From positions 1 through 64,000 of the IMG/VR virus record IMGVR_UViG_3300028388_004772: 64,000 bases of DNA. The stretch is one strand, 5' to 3'. This document shows positions 57,001 through 64,000 of the stretch, piece by piece. This stretch comes from a virus. How positions within the stretch are numbered: the stretch's first letter is position 1; each line of letters begins with the position of its first letter. A program made the translations under genes and the position numbers. The notes beneath the pieces were generated by a model that saw nothing but the letters and a program-made list of their open reading frames with translations, was not told where the DNA came from and ran no database searches.

Positions 57001-59302
57001 CATAAAGGGGCAATGCACCAGATGGTGTTTCTGGAAGAGAAGCTTCCGTGGATGAAATGCCCGTTGTCACTCTAACTTCACCTACACCCTCATTACCCTC
57101 GGCATCCAAAGACGATACGATTAGCTGATCTCTTCTTGGAAGATAATACTCAGCATCAAGTGTTACAATATCAGTAGATTGAGGAATATTATTAACATTA
57201 GCTTCAGGGTAAGCACCTGAAGAGTTTTGAATTGATCTAAAGTCTAGTACATCTCTTAAGCTAACATCACCAAAGCTCGGTATACTGGTATAATCTACCG
57301 CTCCGTTGTAAGAGTTGATAGCAAATAAATCCCCAGCACCGTGAGTAAAGTAATCGAACTGAACAAGAATGTCTCCAGTTGGAATAGAGGTTCCAGCCTT
57401 TTCAACAAGTCTTCCTAGTCCATAGTAGTTCGCTCTTTGACCATTATCCGCAATAAAGTTATTGGATAGATCGGCTCCATTGGAATCAGCTTGAGTGATA
57501 CTTGTTACTCTGTAAATATCAGCAACACCAAGATCGATATATCTAAGACCATTTCCATCTGAATCAGCTTCTGAAGGCCAAGCCTTTGTTAAACTATTTC
57601 CTGTTGATAAAGATTTTGTACGAATAACAGGTGTATCAACTTGGATATAAGCAATCAATTCGTAATTCGAAGAGACATCGAGACCCGAAATGTCGACTTG
57701 AGAGCCAACAGGAGATCCAGTAAGTGTGAATGTTGCATTCGTGTCACTTACCGCTTCACCTTCTTTAGTGATAATCCAATCCCCCGTGTTAGTGAATGTA
57801 TCACCACCACCAGCTGAAAGTGTATAGGAACTTCCTGTAGTCGGGAAGGCATAACGCTTTCTTGTTGTTAATACAATATCAGATACACCATCAATTACAG
57901 GGCGTGATCTTGGAAGCGGGAACAACATTGTGTTGATAGAGCTTTGCTTGAGATTAGTAATCCCAGCTTCAACTACTGTATTAACATAATCTGTTGTACC
58001 ATTACCAAAACTTCTGACGTTACGGAATGATTGACCCGAATTCATTTGAATATCAAACAGATAGAATCTTAGGTTACCACCATCCTCATCAATTCCTCTG
58101 ACTCTAGCAGTACCAATACTGTCCCCAGTCCATCCTTTAGCACTCATCAAGTCAACTTGCTCAAGAGTGTTAATATTTGGAAGACCCGCACAACTATCCG
58201 GATTTCCTAATACATAATTACCATATTGAACAACGATTGGTTCGTTTTCTACAGTTTCTGTATCTCTTGCCTTTGGAACGGTAATTTTTGTAGGAGCAAT
58301 ATCTAAACGATAACCATCTACATATGCAATACCACTTGAAACATCCAATGTTAAGTTAGAGTCGTTTAGATCGTCAAACTTCGCTCGGAACGCTTTAACA
58401 ACATAATCACCCGACTCTTCTTTTGTTCTTCGAGCAAGAGCCTTATTAATCTGATTATAGTTATCATCTCCACCAATCTCTTTTGTGATCAATCCATTTG
58501 TTACTTTGGCCACAAGTACGAAGTTCTGGTCAGAGTCAACTTCACTTCGCGTTGTAAGAATTAAACGAATACGGTATCTGTCTGCACCTGGGGCTGCAAT
58601 ATTTGGTTCCGATCCTTGATTGTCATACAAACGATTGTCATCATTCGCCGTGACAACTTCTTCAACAATCCTAAAACCAATATCATCGGTGGGTGTGGAA
58701 CTGTATTTGTCTATGAAAGTTGATTGAGGAGCAGCATAGATAAAATGACCTTGTGCAAAGAATTCACCTTCCCCAACAGATGCAAGTGTTCCTCTACCTG
58801 TAGCGCTGGCATTAGCTGCTTTAAGTGATGCCAATCCATCAGACGTGAAGATAGCTCCATTCTGTACTCGAATTGGATCAGCGGTTGCTGTGCCGGCAGT
58901 TGTGTCTGTATATCTAACATATAAAGTTGCTGGATCTGTAGCAGTCGCAGCTTCTACACGAATAATCTTAAACTTAATCGCAGCATTTGGAGCACTTACT
59001 GTATACTCTGCCCCAACAAGAGCTGAAGTATCTGCTGGCAGAGGAAATGTAACCGTATCAAGTTTAATAAATTCAAACCGGTTGTTAACCGTTACTCCAC
59101 CTGGTGTGACTGTAGCACCTTCAGTAAAGATGTTTCTACCAAACCGCGCAATTTCTTCCTGAATAATCGTTTGCATCTGAGTAAGTTCTCTTGCCTGAAG
59201 AGCTCTACCAGAATTAAACAGAATACGATGGAAGTTATCACTGTCGCGATAATCATCCTTGTATGTTGAAGAAAATGTGGTATCTTTAACCGTTGTTGCC
59301 AT
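54053..59302 (-). CDS. VrlC/DUF4815-like large baseplate/virion protein
   Basis: Y.DD....NFHRILF..GRALQARELTQMQT, APGADRY, ARRT.EESGDY, RRYTMKDIG.LEKRI, KSGFFADNF, DPVAQSF, DLRAIAL. Confidence 0.88.
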   Translation of the reverse strand: MATTVKDTTFSSTYKDDYRDSDNFHRILFNSGRALQARELTQMQTIIQEEIARFGRNIFTEGATVTPGGVTVNNRFEFIKLDTVTFPLPADTSALVGAEYTVSAPNAAIKFKIIRVEAATATDPATLYVRYTDTTAGTATADPIRVQNGAIFTSDGLASLKAANASATGRGTLASVGEGEFFAQGHFIYAAPQSTFIDKYSSTPTDDIGFRIVEEVVTANDDNRLYDNQGSEPNIAAPGADRYRIRLILTTRSEVDSDQNFVLVAKVTNGLITKEIGGDDNYNQINKALARRTKEESGDYVVKAFRAKFDDLNDSNLTLDVSSGIAYVDGYRLDIAPTKITVPKARDTETVENEPIVVQYGNYVLGNPDSCAGLPNINTLEQVDLMSAKGWTGDSIGTARVRGIDEDGGNLRFYLFDIQMNSGQSFRNVRSFGNGTTDYVNTVVEAGITNLKQSSINTMLFPLPRSRPVIDGVSDIVLTTRKRYAFPTTGSSYTLSAGGGDTFTNTGDWIITKEGEAVSDTNATFTLTGSPVGSQVDISGLDVSSNYELIAYIQVDTPVIRTKSLSTGNSLTKAWPSEADSDGNGLRYIDLGVADIYRVTSITQADSNGADLSNNFIADNGQRANYYGLGRLVEKAGTSIPTGDILVQFDYFTHGAGDLFAINSYNGAVDYTSIPSFGDVSLRDVLDFRSIQNSSGAYPEANVNNIPQSTDIVTLDAEYYLPRRDQLIVSSLDAEGNEGVGEVRVTTGISSTEASLPETPSGALPLYDITLPPYTLSDSDVNLSFINNRRYTMKDIGSLEKRINKLADVTSLSLLELNTSTLSVLDSNGLQRTKSGFFADNFKDFVFSDVDNVSYRAALDPSAKVITPAIYYGNVRLFFDSDGVSQTTNKTGDLVTLPYTETQFSYQDLCNEAINVNPFEVIINTGTLQLSPASDDWIEQAFLPDVLIDGGVKKRNVGTRTVVQRTFGGWFGIAVALVIAAKTGGFGLLGGGTAGGAATGVGAASTGFSLSTTALGQLMAGNYLTAASLAAASSATAAAVNALIDDQPSVSIASNEAVVRDDIIIEQVGNRVIETFLIPYMRSKKVYFKAQGLKPNTEHFAFFNGVSVADWVREESFVRYSSTTEDYGNIYQRATEHPEGKSRLISDAEGKIEGSFFIPSTNAIKFRTGSKILKLLDITADNDDNATSLCQDIFTSTGVLEVRERTLKVTREIDVQTIVVKKKSIFCFWDPVAQSFFVSQTENPSGIFVTSVDVFFRTKAPTGGQPVQVQIRGVENGTPLAYPLPGAVKYLSPTEVSIPADLEDLESVRAAPTTFTFDEPIYLAPGQEYAIVVAAETTDYTVYVAKTYDFVLGSTDARVSKQPTLGSLYRSQNGTTWTPDQNRDLMFRINRAEFSSSGDAYLTNAQPPLYLLGSDPILTDSGSTTIRVFHEGHGFVKNDTVALYGLDSGSTYAGIKGASMLGDRTIINTDWTGYTFAADSAATGSIRTGGTNVKSTQQFMFNEYFTTVQTLTPNNTGISGSIKLTSGASWGTDRNEATNSAYSVASSFTPIIINEVNGTQAPKLIPNSKNQVADAATIKLTLSTSDTKVSPILDLQRASMTFIENSIDKQDSSNTSGFNVPISIVDETDPYNGSSASKHITTVATLAEEAVGIKLFFAAYRPSAGNFKVYYRTSTDAETIRDTSWQLASATTTVPSDEVLVFREYEYLIGGEGGQLPAFTSFQIKIVMESTSTSYIPVLKDLRAIALAV

Positions 59303-59312
59303 TTTTAAAACC

Positions 59313-60671
59313 TTAAATTGTAATAACTACTTTGATGTCTTCTGTCTGAAGAGCATCGCGCACAATTCTTGCTCTATTTTCAATATACAATACCTCACCA
59401 GAGAAAGGATTGAAAGAAGTAGAGAGACCTGCACTATCAATTATACCTGATCCAGAACCATCACTTTCTTCAAGTGTCTCACCATTCTGGAACGATTTGA
59501 ATCCTGTATTTTCATTCTGATGATAGTAAATATAATCACTATCTATCTCATCAATAAATGCACCAGCTCCAGATGTAGCCCCTCTGATAAATTTATCAGC
59601 TGTAAAGGAACTCGCTGCAGCGGTCATTCTATGATACTTTAATCCACGAGCTGTGAGAGAGGTCAACAATGTGTCACTATCAGGTAATGTAATATTACGC
59701 ATCACTGTAATTTGTCTAAAATCATTACCCAGAATAAATGCACCAGATTCAGAACCATCAGGCTTTGCGTTTAACATGATTGTTGATGCTTTAAGATCAT
59801 CTCTAATATCGGCACCAATACCATCCAAAGGACCAATAATTGGTCTCGCTGTTGCACCAGTTCCTCCACCACCTGAAATAACAATATCGGCGTGATCATA
59901 ACCCGATCCAAGACCTGCGGACTCATTATTCATTTCAATCTTAACGACAGCACCACCAGAAATTGTTGCTGTAGCTGCAGCATTTGAACCATTTCCATTG
60001 ATTGTTACTGTAGGAGCTGAAGTGTAACCAGAACCACCACTTGTCAGAGTAGCTCCAAGAATCTGGCCAGGAACTGCTGCTTCTTTAACTAATGCTTGGT
60101 CTCTTTCTAAACCAGTGTAAGCCCCTGAAGAGTCATCTAAAAACTGAACAGGAAGATAATTGGCTGATAAGAACGAGTTTGCTCTGGCTGCTGAAATCTG
60201 AAACAGATATTTCCATCTATACCCATCTGAAGTTTCGAATGCTTGTGTCTGACTAACACCGGCTGTTGAGTAACTAGGCAGAACTGTTGATGGAACCGAT
60301 TGTCCTAAGGCATTTTTACCCTGTTGTAAACAAATATAAACGTCATTATTTTCTGTTAACACGTAGTAAGGATTTGTAGGAATTCCTACAACATTATCAT
60401 TATATCCTGTGTAGGTTGTACCAGATGTCCAATTATATCTTGGGACAACAAAACTTGAACTGGCTACTTTTTTAACAGATTGAATATTATCCCTAGCTTC
60501 CCTCTCAGATCGAATTGTTCTCAAAGGTGAAGTTGGAGTATCTGTCTCATTATACTCATCAGACTTTCCAATACCAATGTAGTATTCATTAGTATCAGAA
60601 GAGCTCGAAATTTCAGTTAATAATAGATTCGTTAAAATTCTCTTTAGTGAATCTGTTACAATTGCAGCCAT
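59313..60671 (-). CDS. gp8: Baseplate wedge subunit
   Basis: MAAIVT, YYIGIG, VVPRYNW..G..Y..Y, VYICL, DGY.WKYL, SGEVLYIENR, QTEDIKVVI. Confidence 0.9.
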   Translation of the reverse strand: MAAIVTDSLKRILTNLLLTEISSSSDTNEYYIGIGKSDEYNETDTPTSPLRTIRSEREARDNIQSVKKVASSSFVVPRYNWTSGTTYTGYNDNVVGIPTNPYYVLTENNDVYICLQQGKNALGQSVPSTVLPSYSTAGVSQTQAFETSDGYRWKYLFQISAARANSFLSANYLPVQFLDDSSGAYTGLERDQALVKEAAVPGQILGATLTSGGSGYTSAPTVTINGNGSNAAATATISGGAVVKIEMNNESAGLGSGYDHADIVISGGGGTGATARPIIGPLDGIGADIRDDLKASTIMLNAKPDGSESGAFILGNDFRQITVMRNITLPDSDTLLTSLTARGLKYHRMTAAASSFTADKFIRGATSGAGAFIDEIDSDYIYYHQNENTGFKSFQNGETLEESDGSGSGIIDSAGLSTSFNPFSGEVLYIENRARIVRDALQTEDIKVVITI

Positions 60672-60687
60672 TTGTATTTCCTATTGA

Positions 60688-61494
60688 TTATATGATGATC
60701 AATTCATCACGACCCACGAGATACCATTCGTCTCCATCCCAAATGCATTGAGCACCAGTACTTACCGGTAATGAAAACGATGATCCTTGAGCAAAAGCAG
60801 TCGGTGTTACTACCGCAGTATTTCCACCCTTGTTGGTGAAGAACTTTAATTCACCTACACTTGATCCAGAATCTAATGTCACCAACAACGGAGTTGGCTT
60901 ATTACATATAACATAAGTTGCTGTTGCTGGAACAGAGCCATCGGCATTTAACTCAATTGAACTAAATGAAATTAAGCCAAGTTGAACTGATCCTGATCCT
61001 TTACCAACAAGACTTAGGTTTACATTTGAGTCACCACCAGTTGCACTGATAATAGGTGGATTCCCTGTCGCAGCATTTGTCACTGTGATTTCGTTAACCG
61101 CAGAAGATGTAGTCGTGAATTTAACCAACTCATTTGAATTAGTATCAAGAATCTCATTAGTGATTGTTGGCGATGTAATCGTTGGTGTTGTTAATGTTTT
61201 ATTTGTAAGTGTCTGATTAGCAGTATCGACGACAGCAATACCACCAGAATCCGGTAAAGTGATGGTAATATTTTCAGTGAGAACATCGGATGCGATCAAT
61301 GATGTTGTAAATACTGATCCTGAGAATGAAACCCCACTATCTTGAAACGACATGACATTAGACAAGTTATCGCTGTCACCAAACTTTTGATAGATCTCTA
61401 GTAGAGTTTCATTGATCTTCTGACCCGCCTGACGAAGGGTATCCCCTGTCCCATCATTTGCTGAAGATCCTAAACTGATATTTTGTCTAGCCAT
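60688..61494 (-). CDS. Baseplate tail-fibre connector (gp9/gp10-like N-terminus)
   Basis: MARQNI..G..ANDGTGDTLR.AG.KIN....E.Y signature. Confidence 0.8.
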   Translation of the reverse strand: MARQNISLGSSANDGTGDTLRQAGQKINETLLEIYQKFGDSDNLSNVMSFQDSGVSFSGSVFTTSLIASDVLTENITITLPDSGGIAVVDTANQTLTNKTLTTPTITSPTITNEILDTNSNELVKFTTTSSAVNEITVTNAATGNPPIISATGGDSNVNLSLVGKGSGSVQLGLISFSSIELNADGSVPATATYVICNKPTPLLVTLDSGSSVGELKFFTNKGGNTAVVTPTAFAQGSSFSLPVSTGAQCIWDGDEWYLVGRDELIII

Positions 61495-61521
61495 TCTTTT
61501 ACCCGTAAAAGACTTTAGTTT

Positions 61522-61529
61522 TATTTATA
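61522..61529 (-). promoter_or_regulatory. T4-type late promoter TATAAATA
   Basis: Exact motif upstream of the gp9-like gene. Confidence 0.75.
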
Positions 61530-62489
61530 TCAAATTGCCGAGTCACTTAGGTATCTTGTGAACATTGTGTTGTCCATTGTCTCGGTACTCAATGACATAT
61601 CTGGTCTGATTGTAACATCACTATCATCAAACTTGAAGCTGTTTGGTGATAACAATTCACTAATATCCTGATAGAAACTATCCAGTTGTGTAGAAGAGAT
61701 ATCTTCGTACGTACTGAGGATTTGAGATAGATCGATTCGCACATCGTCTCCTTGTGAGTCGTACAATCCTGTAAGCTGAGTGAATCCAGTGATAGGCGTA
61801 GCCGCTGGTGCAATATCTGCTGTAAGAACTCTTGTGTTCTGAGCAGAATCTAAAGGATCTTCTGAATTTGGCATACTATCAAACCCGAGATCAACATTAC
61901 CTTCGAGTTGAGCTTGTCCTGCAAAATAGAATCCGGCCGGATGAACAAACCGTTTGTATAATTCTTCATAATCAGAGACAGAAATACCAGACTTAATCAA
62001 AATAGAAAATGTTTGGTATAATGTGTCACTAATAATGAACTTTAATGATTCAGCTCCAATCTCAGATTGGCCAACAATGAACAATTGATCTTTTGGATAT
62101 TCTACTTCTACTTCACTATTAAAAAATGCTCTGAAAAACCCTTCAACTGATACCACAGACCCCTTGGATCTATAAAAACTTGACAATAGTTTTGTCATCA
62201 ATCTAGGTTGATCAAAGAAAGAGGCGACTTGCAGTCCGTTGCCGATTTCACTAATCAGGGCATCCAGATACTGTTCCTCTGTGACACTTATGTCACGAAC
62301 AGAAAATAGACTGTTAATTTCTGTGCCAAAGGATCCTGTAGTACTACTGTCCAAGTAATCGTAATATTTTTCTAGAAATGTAACAAGTGTGGGATACTCA
62401 CTGAGATAAAACTCAGGAAGAACTTCCCTAACCTTTCTGTTAGCAAAGTTAATATCCCTTCTATTGTTGTCCTCTAGAATATGTGTCAT
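61530..62489 (-). CDS. Baseplate wedge protein (gp7-like, short)
   Basis: LPE....YP..V.FLE.YY, FY.SKGS..S...FFR..F, YQ.FS.LIKS, HPAG; follows gp6. Confidence 0.75.
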   Translation of the reverse strand: MTHILEDNNRRDINFANRKVREVLPEFYLSEYPTLVTFLEKYYDYLDSSTTGSFGTEINSLFSVRDISVTEEQYLDALISEIGNGLQVASFFDQPRLMTKLLSSFYRSKGSVVSVEGFFRAFFNSEVEVEYPKDQLFIVGQSEIGAESLKFIISDTLYQTFSILIKSGISVSDYEELYKRFVHPAGFYFAGQAQLEGNVDLGFDSMPNSEDPLDSAQNTRVLTADIAPAATPITGFTQLTGLYDSQGDDVRIDLSQILSTYEDISSTQLDSFYQDISELLSPNSFKFDDSDVTIRPDMSLSTETMDNTMFTRYLSDSAI

Positions 62490-64000
62490 GTTGTCAACGA
62501 CACCGCTGTATTCTGATAATCAATTACAGACTGGGTGACTGACAGAGCTGGATCAAGTGCCAGAATATAATTTCTTAATGGTTTAATTGTACTTTGATTT
62601 GCTGGAGTTACCGACACTTTGATTGCTGATCCTTCATATGCAGTTGGAAGGAATCCATCAATACTAACTGTACCAGATGTAGCATTAAAGGAACCAACAT
62701 TATCAAGTTGTACTACACCAGCCAAATTGACAATTTGTAATTTAGTTGAACTAAGCTGATTTCTGATAAAACATGATTGATCGTTGTATGTGAACCTTGA
62801 TGATGTAACAATGTAGTTGACATCATCAGCTGCTGCGATCGCAGCTGGGTATGCCAGAGTGTAATCGCTTATAGTCGTTAAGGATGGTGTGATTCTCAAC
62901 TGAAGTTTAATGTTCATCCTCGAGTTGAGAATAGCAGGCGCCAGCCCATCAATCTCTGCAAGTAGATTAGATCTTCTAAATGTTTTACCAAACGAGTTAA
63001 GATTAGTGGCAAAATAAGATTGAACAGTGTCTTGTACATCATTCTCAACTGCCTTTGGTGACAAACCAGTCAAATCAGGATCGAGATTAAATATTGTTTC
63101 AATTTCTAGGAATGTATTGGTAGGATCAGTGAATACGGTATCGATTGACATAATAGCCAAGTTATCAGAAAGATTGATTATAATCTGATCTTTGACAGTT
63201 TGTTGTACACTAGCAGAGATGTTATCTTTGAATTTTAATGAAACATATACTCGACCATATACTGGTGGAACATTATCATTTCCACCCCAGGCAATTACAT
63301 CCTCCAAATACGATGAGTAATTTTCAAGAATGAGAGCTTTGTAATCTTCCGCTGTTACCATTCTTTGTTGGGAGGCAAATGATAGCGGAGCATTACCCTT
63401 GATTGAAGAAATTGACTCTTTAGCATCCCCACCCGAGGATTCTGAAACAACAGTCGTGGTCAAAGTATAATCTGTACCCTCAATTGTTACTGATTCATCC
63501 GCCAAGAATGTGTCAGCTCCATTGGCAGCTGCGCCTGCCGTAGAAAGATAAGTAATTACAATTTTGTTTCCTGCAACAGGAGCCTTGCCAAGAACATTAC
63601 CGTTGGAGAATGTTACTTCATAATAACCGTTCGGAGCTTCTCTCACAATATAAATTGTCGAATCATTATCAATTCTAACAGCTCGGTTGACTTCAATGTA
63701 TGTTTCAAATGAAGAAGAGGTCACTGTGTCGTATACATTAACGACCATCGTGGATGTATCAATTGTTTCATCAGGGATTACATATACCTGATCATCAGCA
63801 GTGTCCCCTACTAAAAATGTTTTAGTTTTCAGTGTCCCTTCTGTCAATTCAATATTTGTCGAACCCCCAATTGTCTCAAATGTAAACAGACCACTTCCGT
63901 TGTTGTATCCAATATATTCTTCAAGTGTCTGAAAACTATAGGATATATTATCAACTTCGGCCGTAAATGTTGTATTGGCTGGTAATGAAATAAATGTTGG
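62486..64000 (-). CDS. gp6: Baseplate wedge subunit; 5' end lies outside the window
   Basis: Frame stays open to the window end; ES..SIK.NAP..FASQ.R.VTAEDY, WGG.DN.PP.YG.VY. Confidence 0.92.
   Translation of the reverse strand, partial: PTFISLPANTTFTAEVDNISYSFQTLEEYIGYNNGSGLFTFETIGGSTNIELTEGTLKTKTFLVGDTADDQVYVIPDETIDTSTMVVNVYDTVTSSSFETYIEVNRAVRIDNDSTIYIVREAPNGYYEVTFSNGNVLGKAPVAGNKIVITYLSTAGAAANGADTFLADESVTIEGTDYTLTTTVVSESSGGDAKESISSIKGNAPLSFASQQRMVTAEDYKALILENYSSYLEDVIAWGGNDNVPPVYGRVYVSLKFKDNISASVQQTVKDQIIINLSDNLAIMSIDTVFTDPTNTFLEIETIFNLDPDLTGLSPKAVENDVQDTVQSYFATNLNSFGKTFRRSNLLAEIDGLAPAILNSRMNIKLQLRITPSLTTISDYTLAYPAAIAAADDVNYIVTSSRFTYNDQSCFIRNQLSSTKLQIVNLAGVVQLDNVGSFNATSGTVSIDGFLPTAYEGSAIKVSVTPANQSTIKPLRNYILALDPALSVTQSVIDYQNTAVSLTT

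Noticed and set aside
551-59895. Numerous plus-strand and nested ORFs in the ORF track
   Set aside because: They are shadows of well-supported minus-strand genes, with no motifs or RBS support.
1-64000. tRNA/rRNA genes, introns, inteins, homing endonucleases, integrases
   Set aside because: None recognised; intergenic gaps are very short and the core genes (gp17, gp20, gp23, gp46, uvsW) are of ordinary length and uninterrupted.

Overview
This window is part of a large T4-like (myovirus) phage genome, probably marine, with essentially all genes on the minus strand. In transcription order (right to left) it holds: baseplate genes (gp6 partial, gp7-like, gp9-like, gp8, a VrlC/DUF4815-like 1749-aa protein and a fibre with a C-terminal autocleaving chaperone); an ~11-kb accessory island (41.8-52.9 kb); tail fibre/adhesin genes; neck, terminase, tail and head genes (gp13-gp23, gp3); then uvsY, uvsW, gp55, gp47/46, gp45/44/62, regA, hsp20, a peptidase M15 and the start of a peroxiredoxin. 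The main candidate for a new system is the island. It encodes five radical-SAM enzymes (four with SPASM/twitch-like Cys-rich tails, one cobalamin-dependent), five Fe(II)/2OG-type or cupin oxygenases, four hypotheticals and a 199-aa protein ending in CHAS-CHSS-CHSS-RGRR. That protein looks like the substrate of a RiPP-like or virion-protein modification pathway, and the island is translationally coupled to the baseplate/fibre operon. Other signals: strong enrichment of Asp-Ser dipeptides in virion proteins; a ROSE-like RNA thermometer in the hsp20 leader; seven adhesin paralogues sharing an N-terminal module; and a divergent sigma70-type promoter pair upstream of gp55. All calls come from reading motifs by eye; no database searches were run.
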